The notes: generated by a model not told the origin, from the letters alone. Shown: positions 16,923 to 26,196, counted from the first letter of the stretch. The stretch: 64,000 nt of DNA from a bacterium (GCA_021811585.1 JAJZOG010000014.1:2577-66576), one strand, 5' to 3'. Numbers and translations: made by a program.

Positions 16923-18641
16923 ATGTTTACAGACGAAGAAAAAAATATTTTACAAAAATATGTAACCTCGGCCGAAGACAATGTTTTCGCGATCAAGGGT
17001 TTAAGTGGAATCGTCGGCGCGGTTTATGCGAGATATTCGCGCGCAAAAGGCGGTTTCCGCGAAACTTTGCTTAAGGAATTTGTCCAAGAGGGAAATATTG
17101 ATCCAAAGCACGCGGACGAATTGATTGCGCGCGTTTTAGTGGCTTACGGCGACGATAGCGTCGGCGAGCTTGAGGGGGCGCATGTTTCCTTTGAGAAGAT
17201 TTCAATTCTTTCGACAAAGGAAATTGAAGACCACCGCATCGGCGGATCGCCGATAGAGCAATCCACGCGCTATGTTTTTTACGATCAAAAAGACGACAGC
17301 GGCAGTTGGTTGTATTACAGAGGCGCGGAGCTTGCCGAAAATCCTAAATTCGGAAAGCAATACTTGCAAACCATGGATTTTATTTTCCAAACATACGCGG
17401 ATTTGGTTGAGCCCATGAGGAATTATTTTATGGCTTTAAAGCCCTTGGAATCGGCTGAATATGATATTAACGGCGACGGCGCCAAGGAAAAATGGTCGGA
17501 TCTTACAAATGAAAAAGACCAGAAAGCTTTTAAAATCACTTATAATGCGGATTTAAGAACAAAGGCCTGCGATACGCTGCGCGCGCTTTTGCCTCTTTCA
17601 ACTTTCACGAATGTCGGCATGTTTGGCAACGGCAGATTTTTTCAGACAGTAATTACGCATTTGCTGAGCCAGGACATGCCTGAATTCAAAGGCATAGGCG
17701 AAAAAGCGCTTGCGGCGCTTTCGGAAGTGATTCCGCAATATGTGCGCCGCGCGAAGAGGAACGAATATGATGCGGGCATAAGGCAGGCAATGTATGGGCT
17801 TGCAGGCGAGGTTTTCGGGGATGAAATTGGAAAGCCGCCCGCCTTGCCGCATTACGAACTTTTGGACAAAGGTGAGCGCTTTATAGTTCGTAAATTTGAT
17901 GAAATCCGCAAATCCAAGCCGCAGGCAGGCGAGGCCGATATTCTAACCGAGGCAATGCAGTATGCCGATGATTTGCGCGAGATGGCTAACATTATTTATC
18001 CTTTTTCGGGGCTTTCCATGAACGCATTGATGGATAAAATTTCGAAAATGAATGATGCGCAAAAAGAAAAAATCATCAAAACATATATTGGCGAACGAAA
18101 AACCAGGCGCGACCGTCCGGGGCGCGGATTGGAAAGCGGCTATGAATATAATTTTGATTTGGTCACGAACTGGGGCGTCTATAAGGATTTGATGCGCCAC
18201 AGAATAAATAGCCAACAGCGGCAATTATTTACGACCAAAATCGGTTTTTACATGCCAGAGGAATTGGTTAATGCCGGGCTTGAGGAAAAAGCGCTCGAAT
18301 GCGTGAGCAAAGCAGGCGCTTTGTACGATTTAATCGCTGAGCAGGATCGCGTTTTGGCGCAGTACGCTGTTTTGCACGGGCATTATGTGCGCTGGAGCAT
18401 GTCCTTTAATGATCGCGAAGCCATTCATATGCTGGAACTGCGTTCTACTCCGCAAGGCCACCCTAATTACCGCCTGGCGGCGCAAGCCATGCATAAATTA
18501 ATTGAGCAACGAAGCAAGTGGCGCGCGGAAATAATGAGTTTCGTTGACCATAATGATTATTATTGGTCGCGGGGAGATTCCGAGGCAAAGCAAAGGGTTA
18601 AAGAAAAAGAGTTGGACGAGCAATTTAAGCCCAAGCCCTAA
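16923..18641 (+). CDS. thyX: FAD-dependent thymidylate synthase ThyX, apparent tandem-duplicated (pseudo-dimeric) form
   Basis: Two ThyX signature-like motifs are present: DHRIGGSPIEQSTRY in the N-terminal half and MRHRINSQQRQ in the C-terminal half. At 572 aa it is about twice the canonical ThyX length. It sits in the dTMP pathway operon. Confidence 0.6.
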   Translation: MFTDEEKNILQKYVTSAEDNVFAIKGLSGIVGAVYARYSRAKGGFRETLLKEFVQEGNIDPKHADELIARVLVAYGDDSVGELEGAHVSFEKISILSTKEIEDHRIGGSPIEQSTRYVFYDQKDDSGSWLYYRGAELAENPKFGKQYLQTMDFIFQTYADLVEPMRNYFMALKPLESAEYDINGDGAKEKWSDLTNEKDQKAFKITYNADLRTKACDTLRALLPLSTFTNVGMFGNGRFFQTVITHLLSQDMPEFKGIGEKALAALSEVIPQYVRRAKRNEYDAGIRQAMYGLAGEVFGDEIGKPPALPHYELLDKGERFIVRKFDEIRKSKPQAGEADILTEAMQYADDLREMANIIYPFSGLSMNALMDKISKMNDAQKEKIIKTYIGERKTRRDRPGRGLESGYEYNFDLVTNWGVYKDLMRHRINSQQRQLFTTKIGFYMPEELVNAGLEEKALECVSKAGALYDLIAEQDRVLAQYAVLHGHYVRWSMSFNDREAIHMLELRSTPQGHPNYRLAAQAMHKLIEQRSKWRAEIMSFVDHNDYYWSRGDSEAKQRVKEKELDEQFKPKP

Positions 18642-18665
18642 TCTGCCCGCGGCGCGGAAATAAAA

Positions 18666-19773
18666 ATGCACGAACTGCTAAAAAAGATAAAAAATTTAAT
18701 GATAGACGTTTCCGGCCTAAAGGAGCGTCTTTGAGCTTGCTGCAAAGAAAGAAAAATTAGCGCGCCTTGAGCGCGAAATGCAGGCGCCGGATTTCTGGAG
18801 CGATCAAAACGCGGCGCGGCAAAAATCCGAGGAGCATAATAATTTAAAGTCAATCGTGGATTTTTGGGATGGGCTTCAAAAGGAAATTGAAGAGCTTTTT
18901 GAAATCGCATCCCAAGCGGAAAAAGGCGCCAAAACCGGAGCTGTGTCCGGTTCTGATTTGGATTTTTTGGAGAATGCTTACAAGGCGCTTGAAAAAAAAT
19001 ATCTGGACGCGAGAATCCAGGCGTTTTTTTCCGGAAAATACGACGACCATAGCGCAATTTTGTCAGTACACGCCGGCGCCGGTGGAAGCGATGCCCAGGA
19101 CTGGGCGGAGATGCTCCTGCGCATGTACACGCGTTTTGCGGAAAGAAAAAATTTCAAAACAGAAATACTTGAAATTTCACGCGGCGCCGAAGCGGGGATA
19201 AAGAGCGCGGTAATGGAGATCCGCGGCCCAAATGCTTACGGCTATCTGAAAAGCGAAGCAGGCGTGCACCGCCTTGTCCGGCTTTCTGAATTTAACCCTG
19301 CGCATACGCGCGAAACGTCTTTTGCTCTTGTGGAGGTTTTGCCGATTTTGCATCAAGAAGAAGAGCTCAAACTTAATCCCCAGGATTTGAAAATTGAAAC
19401 ATCCACCGCATCGGGCCATGGCGGCCAAAGCGTGAATACTACGTATTCCGCGGTTCGCATCACGCACATACCCACAGGCATAAAGGTCTCAATACAAAAC
19501 GAGCGCAGCCAGCACCAGAACCGCGAGAAAGCCATGGAAATTTTGCACGCCAAATTACTCGCGCTTGAAGAGATAAGAAAACAAAAAGAAAAACAGGAAA
19601 TTCGCGGGGAATTCCACAGCCCGGAATGGGGCAACCAGATTCGCAGTTATGTTTTGCATCCGTACAAAATGGTAAAAGATCACCGCTCGGGATTCGAGAC
19701 AAGCGATCCGGAAAACGTTTTGAACGGCAATCTCGACGATTTTATTGAAAATTATTTGGAAAACAGAATATAA
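18666..19773 (+). CDS. prfB: Peptide chain release factor 2 with programmed +1 ribosomal frameshift (join 18666..18731, 18733..19773)
   Basis: ORF1 is MHELLKKIKNLMIDVSGLKERL, ending at the in-frame UGA inside AAGGAG-CGU-CUU-UGA-G. The +1 frame continues ELAAKKEKLARLEREMQAPDFW... and contains GGQ and the RF2-type C-terminus QIRSYVLHPYKMVKDHRSG. Confidence 0.9.
18720..18737 (+). promoter_or_regulatory. RF2 autoregulatory +1 frameshift site (internal SD AAGGAG, spacer CGU, slippery CUU UGA G)
   Basis: Its geometry matches E. coli prfB (AGGGGG UAU CUU UGA C). Confidence 0.85.
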
Positions 19774-19813
19774 TCTTCCAACATCTGTCTTCTTGTGTTA
19801 TACTCAAATAGCC

Positions 19814-20506
19814 ATGATTCGATTCGAAAACGTTACGAAAATTTACGGAAACAAAAAGGCGCTGGATCGCGTGAATTTGGAGATTAACCACGGTGAATTT
19901 ATTTCTCTTGTCGGACAATCAGGAGCCGGGAAATCAACCTTGCTCAAGCTTATTTTTGGCGAGGAAAAATTGGATGGCGGCAGAATTTTGATCGATGATG
20001 TGGATATCGCAACCATTTCCGAAGGCGATATTCCTTTTTTGCGCCGCAAAATCGGAGTCGTTTTCCAGGATATGCGCCTTTTGCAGCGCAAAACCGCTTT
20101 TGAGAACGTTGCGTTTGCAATGGAAGTCGCGGGATATATGCGCGAAAAAATAGAAAAAGACGTGCCTAGGATTTTGGAAATCGTCGGCATTCTGGACCAG
20201 ATGCACAGTTTCCCGCATGAAATGTCAGGAGGGGAAAAACAGCGGGTGGCAATCGCACGCGCGCTCGCGCATAAGCCCATTCTTCTTTTGGCAGACGAGC
20301 CCACAGGCAATTTGGATGAAATTAACGGCTATGAAATTTTGGATTTGCTGCAAAAAATAAATAATCTTGGCACAACTGTTATTTTGGCGACCCATGCCCG
20401 GGATTTGGTCAATAAAATTCGCAAGCGCGTTGTGACAATGGAAAAGGGCAAAATTGTTTTGGAGCAGGAAAAAGGCCGCTATCAGCTTGTGCCGGATTCG
20501 ATTTAA
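19814..20506 (+). CDS. ftsE: Cell division ATP-binding protein FtsE
   Basis: ABC ATPase motifs GQSGAGKST, LSGGEKQRVAIARAL, LLLADEPTGNLD. ATG at 19814; upstream of ftsX. Confidence 0.85.
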   Translation: MIRFENVTKIYGNKKALDRVNLEINHGEFISLVGQSGAGKSTLLKLIFGEEKLDGGRILIDDVDIATISEGDIPFLRRKIGVVFQDMRLLQRKTAFENVAFAMEVAGYMREKIEKDVPRILEIVGILDQMHSFPHEMSGGEKQRVAIARALAHKPILLLADEPTGNLDEINGYEILDLLQKINNLGTTVILATHARDLVNKIRKRVVTMEKGKIVLEQEKGRYQLVPDSI

Positions 20507-20534
20507 ATTTTCAAGGCAATTTTTTGAAAATAAT

Positions 20535-21449
20535 ATGGAATCAATCACACTCATCAGAATAATAAAAACCAGCTGGACCAATTTTTGGAGAAATATCCTG
20601 CTTTCAACAGCAGCGACTTTGGTTATGGCCACAACGCTCACCATTCTGACAGTAACTTTCCTGATATACAGCTTAACAAACGTTACGGCGCACAGCATTC
20701 AACAGAAAGTCGATGTTAGCGCATACATGAAAAGCCAGGTTTCCGAGACCCAGATTTTGGCGGTAAAAGATGAAATTTCAAACATACCGAATGTTGAGGA
20801 AGTGCAATATATTTCAGCTGCCCAGGCACTGCAGAATTTTAAACAAAAACACGCCCAAGACCAACTTATCCAAGAATCGCTTTCAGAGCTGGATTCCAAT
20901 CCTTTGCCGGCAACTTTGGATATAAAGGCGAAAAACCTGAGTGATTATCCTGCCATTGCGCAGGCGTTAAGCGACCCGAAATATCAGCAATATATTGCCA
21001 GCGTCAATTTTGAAGATAATAGGCCTGTTATCGAAAAGCTTTCCAAGATTTTAAGGATAACCAGGGAAGCCGGGATTGCCCTTGCCATTGTTTTCGGGCT
21101 GATTGCGGTGCTTGTAATTTTTAATACCATCCGCCTGACAATTTATAATCGCAAAGAAGAAGTGGAAATTATGAAGCTGGTTGGCGCGACGAATTGGTAC
21201 ATCCGTTGGCCGTTCATAATTGAAAGCGTATTTTACGGAATTACTGCCAGCGTCATTACGCTTTTGCTCATGATTCCAGTGTTTCAGTATGCTTTGCCGA
21301 AAGTCGGCGGATACCTTGGAATTTCCGGAAGCGCGCAAAGCATTTTGCCTTTTGGAATAGGGCTCCTTTTTGTTTGGCAATTGGCAATCGCCCTGATTCT
21401 GGGGATTTTTTCGAGCTTGTTTGCCATACGAAAGTATTTGAAGGTTTAA
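20535..21449 (+). CDS. ftsX: Cell division permease FtsX
   Basis: N-terminal TM, periplasmic domain, 3 C-terminal TMs, MKLVGAT motif. Follows ftsE. Confidence 0.8.
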   Translation: MESITLIRIIKTSWTNFWRNILLSTAATLVMATTLTILTVTFLIYSLTNVTAHSIQQKVDVSAYMKSQVSETQILAVKDEISNIPNVEEVQYISAAQALQNFKQKHAQDQLIQESLSELDSNPLPATLDIKAKNLSDYPAIAQALSDPKYQQYIASVNFEDNRPVIEKLSKILRITREAGIALAIVFGLIAVLVIFNTIRLTIYNRKEEVEIMKLVGATNWYIRWPFIIESVFYGITASVITLLLMIPVFQYALPKVGGYLGISGSAQSILPFGIGLLFVWQLAIALILGIFSSLFAIRKYLKV

Positions 21450-21498
21450 GCCGCGCGGAATTTGCAAAAAAGTGGGCGCTTGGTATATAATAGAAAAG

Positions 21499-21525
21499 AG
21501 CCAACCTCTCGTTTCGGGAGGTTTT
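21499..21525 (+). terminator. Rho-independent terminator after ftsX
   Basis: ccaacctctcgtttcgggaggtttt hairpin plus T-tract. Confidence 0.6.
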
Positions 21526-21527
21526 AT

Positions 21528-21640
21528 GTTTAGTGATTGATAGTTAGTAGTTAATAGTTGATAGTTGATAGTTAATAGTTAGTAGAACTACCAACTACCA
21601 ACTACCAACTACCAACTACCAACTACCATTTACCGCCTAC
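21528..21640. repeat. Heptamer repeat locus 3: (TAGTTGA/TAGTTAA)n arm followed by (AACTACC)6 arm, forming an imperfect inverted repeat
   Basis: tagttaatagttgatagttgatagttaatagttagtag ... aactaccaactaccaactaccaactaccaactacca. The arms are complementary with G-U wobbles only when read on the minus strand. Directly upstream of rplI. Confidence 0.8.
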
Positions 21641-21648
21641 CAATTTAC

Positions 21649-22095
21649 ATGCGAATTATTTTTCTAAAAGATTGTCCCGGTCAGGGCAGAAAAGGCGAGG
21701 TCAAAGATATTAGCGACGGTTATGCTAAAAATTTTTTGATACCAAAAGGATTTGCAGTGCTCGCCACTCCTTCACTTGTTAGCAAACTGGAAAACGAAAA
21801 ACGCGCACAAGCGGAAAAAGAACGCAGAATTTTGGAAGAGCACGCGAAATTAAAGGATGAATTGGATAGGCGGACATTCACAATTGCCGTGAAAACAGGG
21901 GATAAGGATCAGATTTACGGTTCTGTCCACGAAAAAGACGTCTCAGCGGCAATAAAAGGGAAAACCGGTTATGAATTTGAAAAAAATCAGATTGTTCTTC
22001 CCGGGCACATAAAAGAACTCGGTGAATATACAATAGAAATCCGTCTCGCGGGGAATATTATTGCGCGCCCCAAAATAAAATTAATAAAAATTTAA
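21649..22095 (+). CDS. rplI: 50S ribosomal protein L9
   Basis: MRIIFLKDCPGQGRKGEVKDISDGYAKNFLIPKGFA is the L9 N-domain signature. Confidence 0.9.
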   Translation: MRIIFLKDCPGQGRKGEVKDISDGYAKNFLIPKGFAVLATPSLVSKLENEKRAQAEKERRILEEHAKLKDELDRRTFTIAVKTGDKDQIYGSVHEKDVSAAIKGKTGYEFEKNQIVLPGHIKELGEYTIEIRLAGNIIARPKIKLIKI

Positions 22096-22112
22096 TTATT
22101 TTCAGGAATTCA

Positions 22113-23852
22113 ATGGCAAAGAAAAAGTCAAAAAAAAAGGAACCAAGGCCACAGAAAGCAACAAAATTTATTTTTATTTCCGGAGGCGTGATTTCGGGAA
22201 TAGGCAAGGGGATTACATCTGCCTCCATTTCCGCGATTTTAAAATCAAAGGGTTTTACGGTTGCGCCTGTTAAAATTGATATGTATTTGAATCAAGATGC
22301 AGGAACCATACGCCCGCAGGAGCACGGCGAGGTTTTTGTTACGGACGATGGCATTGAAACCGATCAGGATCTCGGCCATTATGAGCGTTTTACCGGTGAA
22401 AATTTAAGCCGCGCCAATTACATCACCACCGGCCAAATTTACGCCGAGGTTTTGCGCAAAGAACGCGCTTTCGAATATGACGGAGAAGATGTTGAAGCCA
22501 TTCCCCACGTAACCAATGAAATCCTCAGGCGCATAACGCTGGCAGGCAGAAAAGCGGATATTGCCATTGTGGAACTTGGCGGCACTGTTGGCGAATACCA
22601 GAATGCGATTTTTTTTGAGGCCAGCAGAATTCTAAAATTGCGGCATCCCGGAGATGTTTTGCATGTGCACGTTGCTTATTTGCCCATACCGTCGTACCTT
22701 GGCGAAATGAAATCAAAGCCGGTTCAGCAATCAGTGCGCATGCTCAATTCCATGGGCATTGAGCCGGATATTATTGTCGGACGTTCGGAAATTCCCATGG
22801 ACGACAAACGCAAGGAAAGAGTCGCGTTATTTTGCAACGTGGATAAAAAAGCCGTGCTTTCCAATCCCGATGTGCGCAGCATTTATGAAGTGCCTGTAAT
22901 TTTAAATCAGCAGAGTGCCGGGGAAATTATTTTGGAAAAATTGGGCTTGGAAAAGCGCAATAAAGATATGCACGAATGGAAAATCTTACTGCGCCAAATA
23001 AGCAATCCCAAACATGAAATCAAAATCGCGGTGGTTGGAAAATATTTCGGCACCGGAAATTTTGAGCTTGCCGATTCTTATGTCTCGGTTATTGAGGCGA
23101 TTAAGCATGCCGGCTGGGCATGTAAAGCAAATATAAAATTGTCTTGGGTGGACAGCTTGAAAGTAGAGGAGTCGGGCGCGAAAAAAGTTTTGAGCGGATA
23201 TGAGGGGATTATTGTGCCCGGCGGTTTTGGCAGCCGCGGCACCGAAGGCATGATAGCGGCAATCCGCTACGCGCGCGAAAATAACATTCCATATCTCGGG
23301 CTTTGCTATGGCATGCAAATGGCGGCCATAGAATTTGCCCGCAATGTTTTGAAAATGCGCGGCGCCAATACCACTGAAATTGATTTGAAGGCCAAATTCC
23401 CGATTGTCCACATTATGCCTGACCAGGAGAAAAAACTTCTCAGCCGCGATTATGGCGCTTCCATGCGCTTGGGCGCCTGGCAATGCGTTTTGAAAAAGGG
23501 GAGTTTGGCGGAAAAACTATACGGCACGAGGCGCATTTCGGAAAGGCACAGGCACCGCTATGAATTTAATAATAAATTTCGCGCTGTTTTTGAAAAAGCC
23601 GGGTTGGTGTTTTCAGGCGCTTCTCCTGACGGCAAATTGGCGGAGGTTTTGGAATTGCCGTCTCATCCGTTTTTCATGGGTTCGCAATTTCACCCCGAAT
23701 TTAAATCCCGCCCGTTTGCCCCGCATCCGCTGTTCAAAGGTTTTATAGGAGCGATCTTAAAATTGCGCAAGGAAAAAGAAAAACAAATGCAAACACAAGA
23801 GCAAAAAGCGGCTGAGGCGGAAACGATAAAGGTGGCAGCCCCGGCCAAATAA
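22113..23852 (+). CDS. pyrG: CTP synthase
   Basis: KFIFISGGVISGIGKGITSASI plus the C-terminal glutamine amidotransferase domain (GLCYGMQ, HRYEFN). Confidence 0.9.
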   Translation: MAKKKSKKKEPRPQKATKFIFISGGVISGIGKGITSASISAILKSKGFTVAPVKIDMYLNQDAGTIRPQEHGEVFVTDDGIETDQDLGHYERFTGENLSRANYITTGQIYAEVLRKERAFEYDGEDVEAIPHVTNEILRRITLAGRKADIAIVELGGTVGEYQNAIFFEASRILKLRHPGDVLHVHVAYLPIPSYLGEMKSKPVQQSVRMLNSMGIEPDIIVGRSEIPMDDKRKERVALFCNVDKKAVLSNPDVRSIYEVPVILNQQSAGEIILEKLGLEKRNKDMHEWKILLRQISNPKHEIKIAVVGKYFGTGNFELADSYVSVIEAIKHAGWACKANIKLSWVDSLKVEESGAKKVLSGYEGIIVPGGFGSRGTEGMIAAIRYARENNIPYLGLCYGMQMAAIEFARNVLKMRGANTTEIDLKAKFPIVHIMPDQEKKLLSRDYGASMRLGAWQCVLKKGSLAEKLYGTRRISERHRHRYEFNNKFRAVFEKAGLVFSGASPDGKLAEVLELPSHPFFMGSQFHPEFKSRPFAPHPLFKGFIGAILKLRKEKEKQMQTQEQKAAEAETIKVAAPAK

Positions 23853-23868
23853 ATTCATAGGAAAATTA

Positions 23869-23903
23869 AAGACCTTCCGATACTATTGGAAGGTCTTTTT
23901 TGA
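23869..23903. terminator. Bidirectional rho-independent terminator between convergent pyrG and the small minus-strand ORF
   Basis: aaagaccttccgatactattggaaggtctttttt. Confidence 0.7.
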
Positions 23904-23908
23904 TTTAG

Positions 23909-24052
23909 TTATTTTTGCACGTATCCGATATATTTAATATTGCTCTGTTGGCATTCCCTGTCATCAACATGGCAGAGTTTGCCGTCTTGCGTTTCCGCGG
24001 CCCTCCGATCATAGATTGGCTGCCCGCAGGTGTCGCATATTGGCTGTTGCAT
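23909..24052 (-). CDS. Small (47 aa) Cys-containing protein missing from the ORF track: MQQPICDTCGQPIYDRRAAETQDGKLCHVDDRECQQSNIKYIGYVQK
   Basis: ATG is preceded by AGGAGG (spacer 4 nt). A near-consensus sigma70 promoter (TTGCCA-16-TATAAT) lies ~25 nt upstream of the SD. It ends at the shared terminator. Four Cys (CxxC...Cx6C) suggest a metal-binding ribbon. Confidence 0.45.
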   Translation of the reverse strand: MQQPICDTCGQPIYDRRAAETQDGKLCHVDDRECQQSNIKYIGYVQK

Positions 24053-24078
24053 GCAACCTCCTTTTGTTTTGAATTGGA

Positions 24079-24106
24079 ATTATATCATTAAATAAAAATT
24101 TGGCAA
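24079..24106 (-). promoter_or_regulatory. Sigma70-type promoter (-35 TTGCCA, 16-nt spacer, -10 TATAAT) for the small minus-strand ORF
   Basis: Minus-strand reading: ttgccaaatttttatttaatgatataat. Confidence 0.5.
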
Positions 24107-24146
24107 AAAAACCCGCCCATTTCTGAGCGGTTTTTTATTGCGAGTT

Positions 24147-24425
24147 TTATTTTTCCAAGACGTTCACGATTCGCGTTTTGCGCAAATTTCCGTTGAAACG
24201 CCGGATTTTTTTTGTGCTGAATTTTACAAAACCGTTTGCGGTTGCGTAAAGGGTGCTGTCTGACCCTGCGCGCACGTTTACTCCCGGCCTGAATTTACTT
24301 CCGTGCTGGCGCACTATGATATTTCCTGTCTGCACTTTCTGTCCGCCGAAAAGTTTTACTCCAAGACGTTTGGAAACGCTGTCACGACCCAGCGAAGTCG
24401 ATCCGCCTGCTTTCTTATGTGCCAT
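24147..24425 (-). CDS. rpmA: 50S ribosomal protein L27
   Basis: [16 protein letters not shown]...GNIIVRQHG is the L27 signature. Confidence 0.9.
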   Translation of the reverse strand: MAHKKAGGSTSLGRDSVSKRLGVKLFGGQKVQTGNIIVRQHGSKFRPGVNVRAGSDSTLYATANGFVKFSTKKIRRFNGNLRKTRIVNVLEK

Positions 24426-24441
24426 AAGTGGTAATTAATGA

Positions 24442-25704
24442 TTAATTTTTTATTACGAATATTTCCCTTGCGACAATTTGATCTTTGCGATCATAAATTA
24501 TTGAATGCCTTTCGGTTTCTTTTATGAATGGCGCAATTTTGCGCACTGCTGTTGGGAAAAGATCTTCAATAGTGTAGCCCAAATTCGATATGAAGTCAAT
24601 CTGCGGAAACAAAATATATTCTCTAAAATTTTTCTTGTATGCCGGCATGGAAAATACGATTTTTGACCCTTTTTCAAGGATTTTCTTGAATTCCTCAAGT
24701 GCTTTGGCCCACATATGGCTTATTTGCTCAAAATTTGCGTTTATTTCGCTGATTTTAGGCAGTTCAGCGTACAATGGCCCCAAATACCCCTCGCTTACAA
24801 TAGAATCAATTTTTTTGCCTTTAAATGGCTCGGAAACTGCCTCAGCAGAGCTAAGTTCCAGGGCATATTTTCCGGGCGCGATTTTGTACCTATTTCTAAA
24901 CCATTCCAAATTCGCCTCAGCGCCCCTTATTGCTGTTTTGCTTATATCAGAACCCAGCGCTTTATAGCCAAGAAGAATCGCTTCTTGAAGAATGGTGCCT
25001 GCGCCGCAAAAAGGATCTAAAATGGTTTTGCCTTTGGGAAGTTCCGCAAGGTTAACCATTATTTGTGCAACTTTCGGCGGCAGCATGCCTTGCTTTTCGT
25101 CCCGCATCGGACGCTGATAATCACGCCTGCCATAGTCCTCAAAATCCTGGACGCAAAGTGTTTTGCCGACATATACGTGAATAGGGGAGGCAATGGCGCA
25201 AATAGATGCGCCTTTCTGTAAAATTTGGTTCTTGGTTATTGCAACCGAAGAAAGCGCCAGGGAATTAAATTCCGGAAAAACCGCGCGCAAACTGATCCCT
25301 TGGTTTTGCAGGCCTTTTTTTATGAACATGCCCAGGCGCCTGGGCTCCCCAAATGCCTGGATTTTTTTATCCAGAAGAAAAACGCTTATGCCAAACTGTT
25401 TTTTGCCGGAATAATCCTTGAAATAATCTTTTTTTAATTTGCTGGGAGTAAAATAGTTTTGAAGGGCAAAATTAATAGAGTCCTTTTCGCGCTTTTTTAT
25501 AACATCAATAATTTTGACAATTTGAATTGTGCCGCCAAGCTCTTTTTGCAGTTTTTCAAAATCAAGCGGCTGTTCGGTTTCGATTATTACCGCTTCTTCA
25601 GATGCCTCCAGGATTTTAGAGGGGACGTTACCGCGCTTCAAAACCGCAACTATTTCAGCCAGCGACAGCGTGTAAACCCTCCCTAAAATTAATGCGTAAA
25701 TCAT
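24442..25704 (-). CDS. Putative THUMP-domain RNA (guanine-N2/adenine-N6) methyltransferase (Trm11/TrmN/RlmL-like)
   Basis: The SAM-MTase motif I ILDPFCGAGTIL is characteristic of the THUMP-linked N2G MTases. Confidence 0.6.
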   Translation of the reverse strand: MIYALILGRVYTLSLAEIVAVLKRGNVPSKILEASEEAVIIETEQPLDFEKLQKELGGTIQIVKIIDVIKKREKDSINFALQNYFTPSKLKKDYFKDYSGKKQFGISVFLLDKKIQAFGEPRRLGMFIKKGLQNQGISLRAVFPEFNSLALSSVAITKNQILQKGASICAIASPIHVYVGKTLCVQDFEDYGRRDYQRPMRDEKQGMLPPKVAQIMVNLAELPKGKTILDPFCGAGTILQEAILLGYKALGSDISKTAIRGAEANLEWFRNRYKIAPGKYALELSSAEAVSEPFKGKKIDSIVSEGYLGPLYAELPKISEINANFEQISHMWAKALEEFKKILEKGSKIVFSMPAYKKNFREYILFPQIDFISNLGYTIEDLFPTAVRKIAPFIKETERHSIIYDRKDQIVAREIFVIKN

Positions 25705-25738
25705 CCTATTAGTTTTTAACCATTAACTATAAAAAAAT

Positions 25739-26149
25739 ATGGGTTTCAATGAGAAATTTGTTCAAAATAAAAACAAGATAATTGCTGGCTTACTAATGGT
25801 GGCAATATTTTGCTTCGGCTTGTTTATCGGGCTTGCACAATCGCGCGCAACACAAAATAATTCTACTACTTCCCAGGCGCCTAAGCAACACTTGGCGGCT
25901 CCTGGTTTGGAAAAGGGGATTGCCGGGGTTTGTGCGGTAAAAGGAAAATTTCGCAAGCGCGGTGGCAAAAAAATTTATTATGTGCAGGCAGACAGTCCTT
26001 TTAAGCGTTTAAAGGGTGCTACCTGTTTTAAGGATGAGCAAAGCGCGAGGGCTGCCGGATATGAAAAATACCAGCGCGGAAGCAGACCTTCGAATGCGGA
26101 TAATACAAGTACTGATAATACAAGCAATGGGGGCGGCGCGGGCATTTAA
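25739..26149 (+). CDS. Membrane-anchored small protein with a 'sunset'-like C-terminal domain (hypothetical)
   Basis: N-terminal TM; GKKIYYVQADSPFKRLKGATCFKDEQSARAAGYEK resembles the IYH.PG..Y..I....C.F.S...A.AAGYR pattern. Confidence 0.45.
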   Translation: MGFNEKFVQNKNKIIAGLLMVAIFCFGLFIGLAQSRATQNNSTTSQAPKQHLAAPGLEKGIAGVCAVKGKFRKRGGKKIYYVQADSPFKRLKGATCFKDEQSARAAGYEKYQRGSRPSNADNTSTDNTSNGGGAGI

Positions 26150-26196
26150 AATCCTAACCGAGCAACGAATCAGCAAAAATATGGTAAAATTATGAT

